Source: Macrostomum lignano (lineage: Eukaryota). Taken from it: DNA of 64,000 nucleotides. A program made the position numbers and the translations under genes. Location of the stretch: contig NIVC01000841.1 of NCBI GenBank assembly GCA_002269645.1, positions 310,001 to 374,000 on the forward strand, in the 5' to 3' direction. The notes below the pieces were generated by a model. That model did not search any database. It saw only the letters and a list, made by a program, of their open reading frames with translations, and was not told the DNA's origin. Positions 22,026 through 34,137 of the stretch are shown here, piece after piece; the stretch's first letter is position 1; the number at the start of each line of letters is the position of its first letter.

Positions 22026-22415
22026 TCACTTTCCAACTTTGCGACCCTGCGATCGGAGCAGAGCGGAGGCCCGACGCAGAGCGGCGAGTTCCAGATCGCG
22101 ACGGTAGCGACGCTGGCGCAGGATTCGTTTCACTGTGTTCAACGTCGGCCTCGGGCCTTGCTTCTTGATGGCGATCCTTGAATAGCCGCGCGACGGTTTA
22201 TTAACCCGTTTGCTATTGCGCAGAACCAGAGTGACGCCAGACCCGGAGGCGCCAGGCTCAATGCCAACAGTTTTACGATGAATTAAACCGTTGGAGTTGA
22301 AACAGTTGCGCGACTTCAGATTGCCCGGTTCAGTAGAGAATTGTTTGCGACCGCGTTTAACTAAGAAACAGCTGGTACCCTTGATTAGCTCCCACTGCAG
22401 CGCTGAACTGGCCAT
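22026..22415 (-). CDS. RPL28: 60S ribosomal protein L28 (eL28), intronless CDS
   Basis: MASSALQWELIKGTSCFLVKR...FSTEPGNLKSRNCFNSNGLIHRKTVGIEP...YRRDLELAALRRASALLRSQ is recognisable eL28. AG acceptor 6 nt before the ATG; AATAAA on the minus strand at 21919-21914. Confidence 0.96.
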   Translation of the reverse strand: MASSALQWELIKGTSCFLVKRGRKQFSTEPGNLKSRNCFNSNGLIHRKTVGIEPGASGSGVTLVLRNSKRVNKPSRGYSRIAIKKQGPRPTLNTVKRILRQRRYRRDLELAALRRASALLRSQGRKVGK

Positions 22416-25400
22416 TGTTGCTAGTATTTAGGGTGCTGATGGCTGCAATGTGGTATGATGGTAAAAACTGTAGATCAAATCTATATTGGTTTGCAACTCT
22501 GGACCACAGATACTAAAATAACAAGATGAGCCACTCAGGCATATATACTTAGTAATACAGCTTTCAACTTTTAGTTCAATAGCAAAGAAGAATACAGAAG
22601 CTATTTTATAAAAATAAAGCCAGCTGAAATGACTTTGATAAGTTTAGTAGAGGCCGAAACTTGCAGGCGTAAACAACTTGCTAATTTTTAGTTTAGCAAT
22701 AGCTTTAAAAGCTTTAAAATAGAATTCCGAGAAAAGCAATAAAAATTGGGGCAGAGGGAGGGTTTAAGCTAGGGGGGGGGGAAGAGCCAATAAATGAGCC
22801 TTGGCTTATTAAAAAAATAATAATAAAAATATAAATAAAAAAAATAAATAAAATAATAAATAAATAAAAGTAAATAAAAAATAAAAAACTAAAAGCCCCA
22901 TTATTTTTAATGTGGCTTTAAAAATACATTGAAATGCTTCTGTTCAACTTGCTACTAAACTGAAAGTAGCTTATATGCAAATGTGCTAAGTGGCCCATCT
23001 AGCTATTCTAGTATCTGTGCTCTTAACTAGGTAAAGGTATACTGCACTAAAATCTCAAACAAACCTAGTAACTGTATATCATTTCAGCCTATTCACAAAA
23101 CTTCAACCAAAAACATCAATCATTTAAGGTAGCATTGCATAATTTGGTGAGTAATTCTGCACAACTTCCCTTATAGCCAAGTCAAACTCTTTAACTTTAT
23201 AATACTAGAAAGTAACCCATGACACTCTGATTTTAGTAATGCATGAGAAATATTATAATCATTGTAACAAATTTTGATGCCAGTTTAATAAGAGCACTAA
23301 ATTTCTATATTTTAGACAATAATAATTCCAAGTTTACCTTTGGAATCAGCTATAAATTGCTTTTACTTAATGATAAATGCATCCCAATGCTTTTACTTGA
23401 TGGTGATTCCCTAATATACCAATGTAACAGTCTTTGCTAAATTTTTTGCTGCTTATTAAATCTTAAATATAAACAAATTAGCTATTTTTATTTCCAACTT
23501 ACTTGTAATTTGCACTGGTAGATTCTATTTTATAATTGGAAGTTCATATAATTTTATAATGGGCTTGTTTATTCTACAGAAGCCAAGGTAATGTTACATT
23601 GATTAAGTATATAGAATAATTTTTAAATCAGTTTTACAGTTGGAAAAAGCAAGAATGATAGGTTGCACCCATTAAGTTGAAACTTGAAAGCTGCATATAC
23701 AGTGATATACCAATATATAAAGCAATAAGCATGCATCAGACTTTAAATCTTTATATTATTAGTATGTATAATTTATAACAATTTGAATTAGAAACATAAT
23801 TTAAAACATTGCTGGGAATATAATGGTCACCTGAAAAATGACATATCTACAATTAGACACAAAATACCTATATGACATTTTCTATGACTATGATATCCCT
23901 ATACATTAAATGTTATGTAGGCATTCTAATATGCATGACACAGTGGAAATATTATGTCAAAAACTTTTTACAGTCCCAACATACATAAGGTCAACTATAT
24001 TTTTTACTAGACTTAACATATACTATAAAGTCCAACTAAGATTAGATTTTTGTTTTTAAGCAAGAATTTTATAAAAATTTGAGATTGAGAATTGGAGATC
24101 AAACTGTAATTGTGAATTTGTATAGAAAGAATAGTACTAATGAGGTATAAAAAGATATAGCCTAGGCCAGCCTATTGTCAGTTTAAGTAGCCTTGCCCTG
24201 CCAAGGGCCATTTTGATATATGTTAGCAATCTATAATATTATTGGTTTTGTACTCTCACATCTGCTTAAAGTAATGCCCAGCCCAAAGAATTTTAATCAG
24301 CTGCATACAATGTGCAATTGATAATTTTTGTTTTTTGTCTTTCCTAGCCAGCCAATAGAAAAGCTATACATTAATTATACTAAGTTCTCCTTGTATGCCC
24401 ACCTCCAGCCCACTCTTTATTAATTTAAGTCCTGTCTAGCTGTGTGATCGGGGTTAACTGGGTTTTGTGTGCCTGTAGATCCTTGCCACCCTGGCACTCT
24501 TGTTTGTTTGCCTTCTCTTCCTGCGTTATTCTGTCATGGTTCTAGACCACACCTCTGCCACTCTTAGTCATGCCAACCCTACTGTCTATTCAAGCTCTCA
24601 ATATGAGCACCGCCACCATACATTCACTGCCATCACCTCGTCGCTGCTGCCTCAATGCATTGACCCACTCTGCCTTCTACTAGGCCTATCTAACTCATTG
24701 TTATGTAGCCGCCAATGCATTGTTACGAACCCAACTAGGCCTAGGACTTTGAACTGTCTCTGTTGACAATAACAAACGTTACAATAAACAAAGTTGGCAG
24801 CCATTACTCGCATTAGCTGCAATTATTGCCAAGTGCTACTGCTAAAAAATTGCCATATTTATTTGCCTTCACCGATTATTCTCGAGGTTGCCACATTATA
24901 CATTATACCTATACTATAGGCCTAAGTAAGTAGATAATAGTACAAAAAATAGCTCAAATGTGCCTTCACAATAATATATATGCAGCAATATGCAGAAGTA
25001 AGCCACTAACTCTGGCTTAGGCCTATGCCATTGTATGCCACTTGTAAGATACATAGGCGGATAGGCCTAAATCTATCTATCTAGGTTGAATGTTAGTAAT
25101 GGCCTACCGGGTAAGCCATGGTCAGAATCATAACCGCCTATGCCAGAACAAATCCTATCAAAATAGTTTAATTGCGCCATGTGCTAGAACTTTTTGTAAA
25201 AACACAAACACAAAAAACAGAAAAACACAAAAAAGCTGCACTTTCATTAAAAAAATTCCGTAAAACTTGTATTTGAATCTGTTTCCTAGAAAGACAATGT
25301 TAACGTATTTTAATGGAAAAAGCTATCGGTACGCTGGCAAACAAATAAGTGCTAACTATGCATTTTTTGTTTTATTATTTCGCGCTTCACAATATTTTTT

Positions 25401-25789
25401 ACATTTTTTGTATTGACTTTAATCTTGCTCGACTGTTCTTGAATTCTAAGCTCATTTTTGAAATTTTAAGAATTTCTCAAAATGACACAAAAAGGCCGAG
25501 GCTCGAAATTTCAAGATCGAGATCTTGGTTGGACTCTAACAGAGTTTTCTTTTTCGGCAGAGACAAGGTGCAAAATCGGACCTTATGCTCTCTTTCATGG
25601 TGCGATTTTAAGGCTAAAAGTGCAATTTCTCTTTTTTCTTATTTTAAGGCTGTGAATGTGGCTTCAATGGAAAAAATAGGTTATAAGACCGCACCTAAAC
25701 CGCATCCACTTTTCAATTTTTAAATTTAGGCCTAGGGTGCGATTTTAAAATTTAGGCCATTAGGGTGCATGCACACACTGACTCTGTGC

Positions 25790-26600
25790 ACAAAAAATAA
25801 ACCCAGGACTCTAATATAGGCCTACTATTAATACAGCAGCAACAATATAATAGGCTGTCAGGATGGCCAAAGTCAGTGTCACAGGGCGCAAACAAAGGCC
25901 GCGCCATTGGCAGTGTCCGGGGCGCCAGTATCAGCCAGCAGACAGTTAATGTAATGCCAAGTTCGCGTTTGACCTTGCCAGTAAGGTGCCTACAGCATGA
26001 GCAGCAACACTTGCACTGGCTATGGGCAGTACAGTACAACTTGGCGCAGATGAGGTGGCCTGCAAGCTGAAGTCGCCGACGGCGCAGTAGATCGCTTGGA
26101 TGTGGCAGGCCAACGCGGCAATAGAATGCTGCATTGTTGACTCGCTTGATGTTGAAGGTGGTGCACAGCAGGCCAGCGTATGCTGTAGCTTGTATTGACT
26201 TGCTGTTCAAATGAGTCAGTCAGCATCTAGGTCTCAGCATTATAGAGCAGGATGGTCTTGATTACCACCTGGAACACTGCTGCCCTCTGGCAGTCCAGTA
26301 GGGCCTTAGACTGCAGGACTGCCCTCACAGAATGAAAGCAGCCCAGGCAAGCCTGCGCCCTGCAGCAGTGTCGCTGGTCCTCGCAAGCGTCTAGAACCAG
26401 ACCACCAAGTTAGACAAACTGCTGACATTGCGGGAGCTTGATCGTCTGCCTGTCAGTGCCTTGGCAGAGCATTGCAGCCTCAATGTCGTCCGGCACATAG
26501 AGCACAATGGTCTTCTGCATGTTGACCACCAGGCCAACACTTGCTATAACAGCAACTAGCCTGTTCAGCTGACATTGATTGGGCACCCTCAATAGTCAAG
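25790..26600 (-). mobile_element. Decayed non-LTR retrotransposon fragment (RT C-terminal region, RTE-like)
   Basis: Broken frames give ...ASVGLVVNMQKTIVL...QQFV and ...LLRRRRLQLAGHLI..., typical of the LINE RT thumb/C-terminal region; stops and frameshifts present. Confidence 0.75.
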
Positions 26601-27009
26601 GATAATAATACACAAATTGAATATTGTATTTGGTTAGACAAGTATGAATTGAATTATTCAATAAAGAATTGTGTCAAGTTTGAAAAATAATTTGCTTCAT
26701 CTTATAGAGCAAACTTATTAATATAGGCCTAGCCAAAAATTAATCAAATTTCAAACCTATTGGGGGCTAGTTAAATATTGACATTCATAAAAAGTAGGCC
26801 TAGACTAACTTAAAATAAAAAATTGCATAATACCATTTAGGATTAGGGGGAACTTTAAGACTCAAAATTTTATACAATTATGTCAAAATAAATAAGCCCT
26901 TAGTTGAAGATTAAGATTCTGGTAAAGTAGGCCTTAGCTTGCTTAATAAATAGGAATAAAATGAATGAGAGAACAAACATTAACTTGTTTTTATTTAGGC
27001 CCTACTTTA

Positions 27010-27485
27010 ATTTAATTGCCAATGCATTTTGACCCTTGTAGGTCATCTTCAGGGCAGTAATGAAATTGAAAATTTTATTAAACAGTTAAATAAATATACC
27101 TGTAATAAGTTGAATACACAATATAAAATAATGTACATAGTTTTCAATTGAAACAAGTTCTAACACACAGTGCAATAGTGTATACTCCAAGCTAAAACAC
27201 ACTGAGTTGGCGGCTGGCACCCCCCATAGTAGCTGGCAGTTTAGGCTCAGGTTCTGATCTTTGATATACATAGCCTCTAAGATGTTCAAAGTATGCTCAT
27301 GGCGGTCAGGAATTGATCAATAATCTTAAATAAAACAATTGGTTTGTTGTTACAACATGAGTTGCATATGAGAAGGTGCTCCTATATAGTCAATCTTTTG
27401 GTTCAGTGCTCCTTGACTCTAATGTACAAGTGTTGCTTAGTTTTTCTAATGTACAAAATCCTCTAGTCACCAGAGCAATGAAATT
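27010..27485 (-). mobile_element. Penelope-like element remnant (GIY-YIG endonuclease end plus 3' region)
   Basis: Minus-strand translation: KFHCSGD*RILYIRKTKQHLYIRVKEH* ... FKIIDQ ... ILEAMYIKDQNLSLNCQL, matching the GIY-YIG YIGxT..L..R.KEH and LE..I....P.LN pattern. Confidence 0.72.
27017..27056 (-). ncRNA. Mutated minimal type I hammerhead ribozyme
   Basis: TGCC-CTGAAGA-T-GACC(TACAAG)GGTC-AAAA-TGCA-TT-GGCA: stem I TGCC/GGCA, core CUGAAGA, stem II GACC/GGTC; GAAA is mutated to AAAA. Confidence 0.65.
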
Positions 27486-27526
27486 TTTCTGATGGCCAAT
27501 GGCATTTGGGTGATGGCTGACTGCTT

Positions 27527-27783
27527 GACTGACTAGCTGAGGATGTTCAGCAGTTGATTTTTGCCCACTGTTGAGGCTTGATCAGTGAAACTAGAGAAAT
27601 TCTTATCAGGCTATCCATAGTCACCTGGTGCAATCTGTTGAAAGAGCCAATGGCGTCGGGATGATGACAGAATGATTAAGAGACTAGCTGAGAATGTCTA
27701 GCAGTTGATTCTTGCCCACTGTCAAGGCTTGATTGGCAAAACTAAAGAAATTCTTATCAGACTGTCCATAGTCACCTGGTGCC
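27527..27783. repeat. Diverged direct duplication (~105 bp x2)
   Basis: 27527-27632 and 27681-27783 share GACTAGCTGAG..AGCAGTTGATT..TGCCCACTGT..AGGCTTGAT..AGAAATTCTTATCAG..CCATAGTCACCTGGTGC. Confidence 0.8.
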
Positions 27784-29104
27784 ACCTGTTGAGGGTTCAA
27801 AAGCTGTACCTAGGTGAAGGCCAGTGACTAATGAAGTCAGAACTGATGCAGACATGTGGTTGACATGCTAATGAAATTTGGAAACTTGGCAAGGCTGCAC
27901 TAAGGTGCAGTGCTGATTGGCATATAGGGGTGTACTGAATACACTAGCACTTATGAGAAAAATCTGACCTAGCAGAATTGTCAAATATCTCAACAGTCTG
28001 GAAGGCTGGCGACTTGATTCTTGTTTGAGGTGTGCAACAAAAAGTTAGCCCATGTTCTTGAATTTCGTGTGCCTGCATTTCTCCGTTCTGGCGCAGCAAA
28101 AAATTGTCAAGGGGGAATTCCCCCCCCCTCTTAGTAGTTCTACTGTTAAAGCATAGAGACACAGTGATAAATCAAAGTTTTGATTGATCTTGGTTGAAGA
28201 TTTTTGATCAACTAAAAGCTTGCAATAGAATTTGCAACCAAGACACTTGGCAACTGTGCCAATAAGCTTTAAAAATTGTTTCCATGCAGCAAAATTGTAG
28301 TTAGCAATGCTTACAAACCCCATATTCATAAATATGAGAAAAAATGTGTGCATATGCACCTAAATATACAAAGCAAAATTGACTATATATAATGGAATTG
28401 ATCTACCTATCCAATACATAAAACATTGAATTTGATATACAGATATTTGCAAAGTTATCATTGTCATCTATATTATCTCAATAAATGACTTACTAGCTTA
28501 ATTAGTGTTATACTTTTACCAATTTAGCTTATTTTTATTAAAGTTGCAACAAAAATATTAATGGCAACTTAGTTATGAAAAAAATATAAATTCTTCATTT
28601 TGGTTCTGAGGTTATTATCTGCATATAGAAAAGTTTTTTTTGTATAATTACAATGTGATTTTGAGAATCTTTTTTATTTTGAACCTTTTTACAATAAGCA
28701 AATGACACCATAGAAACATAACCATTACCAATGGGGACCATCTTTATTTAGGGGCCAGACTTTTAAGTCTTTAAGTAGGTTGATTAATCAAGTGATTGTA
28801 GTCTTGAAATCCCACAGATTGTAATAAGTATTAAATTATTGATAATGTTTATATAAAATTAAGTTGATGGGGCAATTAAGGTTATAGCTAAGTATTTATA
28901 GGCCTAGTTAGCTAATTTTTATTAGCAATAACTTTAAATATTTTTTCCTGTTTAAATTTGTATTATAATAAATAACTATGTGACTTATCTAGTTGTTATA
29001 CTATCTTACTTGGGTTTAATTTCATACTATGCTCAAAATATTCAATTACAAGACCCAATAAATTTGATGCATGCTATCATAATCAGTAATCTAAGCCAAT
29101 CAAA

Positions 29105-32100
29105 ATGCTGATCAACAAGGATCTTATCAAGCCAAAAATATTATACTTTCTATTTCTTAGTATAGTGTCCAGCCTAATAATGTACTTGAACATGTTCCTA
29201 ATGCAGCGAGGTATTAACGAGTTTGAGCTTGGACTAATTGACACAGTTGGTTATATTGTTGGATTTCTAATGCGCCCAGTCTGTGGCGCTGTGGCTGACC
29301 GTTATCAAGCCTATCGGCCGGTACTGCTGGCACTTATGCTGTTGTCAGCTGCTGGTTTCGATGGGATGCTACTGTTGCCCCAGCCGTTGCAAGCTGCTGC
29401 CTACAATGAAACTTTTAGCATTGTCAATGCTAGCTATAATGATACTGGCTATGCTAGCTTGTGCCTAGCAACTGATTCAATGACTAATAACAGTTATTAT
29501 CAAGCGCCAATAAGTCTATGCAATTGTAAATCTGCCTCCAAGGACAGACTTGATCGCGGCACCATCACTCGGTTGAACTTTCTCGGATCGGAGTCAGACA
29601 AACAGTGCATTCTTTATGAACCAGCATCGTATAATTATAGTGCCAAATTTGTTAGCAACAATAGTAAATTAATATGCAAAGCTTGCCAACTGACTAATAG
29701 CAGTAGTAAAGCCAAGTCAAATTGGAATGTCAACTTTCTACTGGCGCTAGTGCTGAAGACAATTGGCTTGGCTGGCTATTCTCCATTGCTTTGCCTGCTG
29801 GATGCTGTCACATTCTCACTACTGGGCCCTAAGCCTAGCGACTATGGTTGGACTCGAATGTATGGCAGTTTTGGGATTTTCATTACCGCCCTGCTAACTG
29901 GTTTTGCCTTGTATGGCTATAGCATGGCTTGGAGCTTTCGCACCGACTATACAGCTTCGTTTATTCTTGCTACAGTATTGCTAGCCGTGGCTGCAGCTGT
30001 AACTGTCACCCTGAAGGTTTGTAGTTGGATGTTGCATCAGTTTTTGTGTTTTTTTTATTTACTTACGTGCTGTTGTTGGAGTAATAATGCCTGGGTCTTG
30101 TAGTTACATTGTAGCTCGTACTATCGTAGTTGTAAGTTGGTTCTCACTTCTCATTGAAGCTTTCATGACAACTTAATTTTGTCAGTAATTAGCACATTAT
30201 ATTACACTTTATAAGGCCCCATTAATTATCATTGAGTTGCACTAATTATCCTCATTAATTAGCACCTTGAATTGCACTAATTATCCTCATTAATTAGCAC
30301 CTTGAATTGCTCTAATTATCCTCATTAATGAGCAACTTGAATTGCAATAATTATCCTCATTAATGAGCAACTTGAATTGTATTAGTTATCCTCATTAATG
30401 AGCAACTTGAATTGCACTAATTATCCTCATTAATGACCAACTTGAATTGCAATAATTATTCTCATTAATTAGCAACTTGAATTGCTCTAATTATCCTCAT
30501 TAATGAGCAACTTGAATTGCAATAATTATCCTCATTAATTAGCAACTTGAATTGCACTAATTATCCTCATTAATGAGCAACTTGAATTGCAATAATTATC
30601 CTCATTAATTAGCAACTTGAATTGCTCTAATTATCCTCATTAATGAGCAACTTGAATTGCAATAATTATCCTCATTAATGAGCATCTTGAATTGCTCTAA
30701 TTATCCTCATTAATTAGCACTTTGAATTGCACTAATTATCCTCATTAATTAGCACATTGAATTGCACTAATTATCCTCATTCATTAGCACCTTGAATGGC
30801 ACTAATTATCCTCATTAATTAACCTCTTGCTAATTGCATTAGTTAGACCTAATTAATTAACTCCTTGTATATTACACTAATTAGGCCTCATTAATTAACA
30901 ACCATCACTGTGTACGGTGCCATTGGAAGAGGTTGACCATCGTTCTAATTTCTGTACTTGAGTGGATCTAAGCACAAGGTCATATTAGGCCAATTTAAAT
31001 ACCTAGATCAGTCTCGTACTTCATATTAATTGCCAGGTGCCAACATCGACTCGCACCCTGAATCCACTAAAAGCGCTGCCTCTGATGTGTCTGTCCTGGA
31101 GAATCGGAATATTCTACATTCTCGTTCTGCTATCCGGGGCTGCCTTTGGCATTTTTGAATCTTTTCTTGCTGTCATGCTGCGCACCATGTTTGATCCGCC
31201 GCTGTACTTCTTCGGAATCATGTTTGCTGTGCAGGTGAGCGGATTGAGATGCACAGTCTCCGAAATCCCTTAATGAGATGGCTCAGACTAAAAAATCCAC
31301 AGATTGAAATCCTCATTACCAGAAATCCCCAGATTAGAATCCTCACTACTAGAAATCCCCAGATTTAAATCCACATTGCTAGAAATCCCCAGATTAGAAT
31401 CCCCACTACCAGAAATCTCCAGATTAGAATCCCCACTACCAGAAATCTCCAGATTAGAATCCCCACTACCAGAAATCTCCAGATTAGAATCCCCACTACC
31501 AGAAATCTCCAGATTAGAATCCCCACTACCAGAAATCTCCAGATTAGAATCCCCTCTACCAGAAATCCCCAGATTAGAATCCCCACTACCAGAAATCCCC
31601 AGATTAGAATCCGCACTACCAGAAATCCCCAGATTAGAATCTTCATTACCAGAAATCCCCAGATGTAAATCCCCACTACCAGAAATCCCCAGATTAGAAT
31701 TCTCACTACCAGAAATCCCCAGATTTAAATCCACATTGCTAGAAATCTCCAGATTAGAATCCCCACTACCAGAAATCCCAGTATTGGTTACTGAGCAGCC
31801 CCGCCACCCCAACCCCCCAGGTGCTGGTGGAGGCGCCCCTGTTCGCCCTCTCGGGCTGTATCGTTAGCCGCATCGGCGAGCCGGCCTGTTTTGTGATCGG
31901 CTTTCTGGCATTCGCTCTTCGCTTCCTGCTCACCAGCCTGGTGCCAAACTGCTGGCTGTTGCTGCCAGTGAACTGTCTGCACGGCCTTTCGTTTGGCCTT
32001 ATGTTCCCCGCTATGCTGGTGTTTGCGGCTAAACAGGCGCCCGAAGGTTGGCAGGGAACTGTGCAGGTTGGTGACTGTTAATTCTTGATTTTTTATTGAT

Positions 32101-32347
32101 AATGTATGCGTGATGTACAGCTGAAGTTTGAAATAAGATTTACACAAATCTTTAGTTATTGTTGTAGGTTTCTAGTTGAAATAAATCTTGTAGTAGTAGT
32201 AGAGTAGTAGTAGTAGTGGTAGTAGTAGTAGTGGTAGTAGTAGTAGTAGTAGTAGTAGTAGCAGTAGTAGTAGTAGTAGTAGTAGTAGTATTTAGTAGTA
32301 GTAATAGTAGTAGTAGTAATAGTAGTAGTAGTATTTAGTAGTAGTAA

Positions 32348-32410
<63 letters not shown>

Positions 32411-33013
32411 TGGTAGTAGTATTTAGTAGTAGTAACAGTAGTAGTAGTAATAGTAGTAGTAGTATTTAGTAGTAGTAATAGTAGTAGTAGTAGTATTAGT
32501 AGTAGAGTAGTAGTAGTAGTAGTAGTACATAGTTCTCGTAGTGTTGATAGTATCTAGTGGTTTTATTGGTAGTTGTTCTCGTGGCTCAACTTATTAGAAG
32601 CCCTTGCAGCATCTTATAAATTAATGTTTAATTCATAACAGCCTCGCTAATCGCACTAATTAATTTTAATTATAACTAATCCTCGCCAGGGCCTCGTGTC
32701 GGGCCTCTACTTCGGCGTCGGTCAAGCTCTCGGCGTCCCAGCCGCCGGCGCCCTCATACATATCCATGGCAACCGACCGACGCTTCGAATCTGGTCGGGA
32801 GCTTCTCTCGCCTTCGGCGCTGTAGCCGCCTGCCATATGGTTGCTATGCGGATCTGGCCTGACCAGCAGCCGTCCGCGATGTCGCCAATAACCGAAGTCA
32901 AGGGAGATGACGTCGAAGACAAGACGCCGGCTGTCGCTGGTCCAGGTGATCAGCTGCTGGAGCCGACGGTGGAGATGGGCCCGATTGATGATGCTAATGA
33001 TAAATTGGTTTAG
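29105..33013 (+). CDS. MFSD6-like major facilitator superfamily transporter, 4 exons
   Basis: Exons 29105-30016, 31037-31234, 31821-32066, 32690-33013, all phase 0 with GT-AG. N-terminus INKDLIKPKILYFLF, GxxADRY motif, large Cys-containing loop after TM3, APEGWQGTVQG motif and multiple hydrophobic helices. Confidence 0.9.
30230..30850. repeat. 35-bp minisatellite in MFS intron 1
   Basis: TTGAATTGCACTAATTATCCTCATTAATTAGCACC and variants. Confidence 0.95.
31300..31780. repeat. 30-bp minisatellite in MFS intron 2
   Basis: AGAAATCCCCAGATTAGAATCCCCACTACC. Confidence 0.95.
32190..32530. repeat. (TAG)n microsatellite in MFS intron 3
   Basis: Visible trinucleotide run with interruptions. Confidence 0.95.
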
Positions 33014-33151
33014 ATGAGAGACTTGGTGTGCGCGATGTAGCCATGTAGCATATATATTTCAAATCAATGCAATTACGGTACTTGTACCTGTATTAGTTAG
33101 CGCCAATATCCAGCAGCATCATCACAGATACTAAAACAGTTTGATCCTAAG

Positions 33152-33397
33152 TTTCCCGATATTCATCTAGTGCTACGACAATAGTCTATGGCCCAAACTC
33201 TATTAAGGCCATTAACAGCTTGCCGATATTCATCTCGTGCTTTAACAATAGTCTATGGCCAAAACTCGAGGCCATTAACAGCTTGTCGGTATTCATCTCC
33301 TGCTTCAACAATAGTCTATGGCCAAAACTATATTAAGGCCATTAACAGTTTGCCGATATTCATCCCTTGCTACGACAATAGTCTATGGCCAAAACCT
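33152..33397. repeat. ~62-67-bp tandem repeat, ~4 units
   Basis: CCGATATTCATC..TGCT..ACAATAGTCTATGGCC.AAAC..AGGCCATTAACAG. Confidence 0.85.
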
Positions 33398-34137
33398 TGT
33401 GCGGTGAGATCATCGGATTTCAAATATATTGGGGGGGGGAATTGGATTATCAAACTCAAGTTGGTGTATTTTGTGGCCCAGGAAGCAAACAACCGATGCA
33501 GGACTCTACACTTTACCTGAGCCATAAACCATAGACTATGTTTTGACCATAGACGAAAGTAGAAGCGTAGGTTAAATATGATTGGCAGTGTCAAAATGAA
33601 TGCTAGAATTCTTAAACATTATAAAGAATGCTATTTTTACGAGCTATAGTACAATACTACAGTTTAGTCTATGGTAAAAGCTGATAAATCATAGTTTCTT
33701 TGCATTCGTACAAGTGGCCCAAGCTAGTGCTTTAGGATCTGGTTTGTTATTATTTTGCCAAGTTATAATACAGTTTTGCTTTTTAGCTTTAATTTTAGTG
33801 TTAGTCTATGATAATAGTCCTATTTTAATTTGTCACAACTTTCCAGCGATAATCATCCGTAGTTTTTCGGTGCTTTATGAACTGAAAAAATCTATTTATT
33901 TTTTAGCATATCTTGCAAGTAGACCCACCCTAAATCTTCGTAGTTGCTTGAAATCTTAGCTAAATTATGATCCCATATTTTAAACAATTTTTTACAACTA
34001 TGTTTGTGTGTCTGTTCTGTATTGCACCTAAGTATACAGTAGCTTTGTATTGTTATGTTTTCAAAATTGTTTAGTAAATTTTTGTAAATTTCTTTAAAAG
34101 TAGTTTGTAAAAATCATAAGGCATAGTCATAAAGGTC

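Noticed and set aside
31288-31867. (ISGSGDSNLE)n and (LESPLPEISR)n ORFs
   Set aside because: 30-bp array in MFS intron 2.
33528-33675. 148-bp segment with an 11-bp inverted repeat (ACCATAGACTA), possible MITE
   Set aside because: No clear TSD and no second full copy in the window; the motif also occurs in the adjacent tandem repeat.
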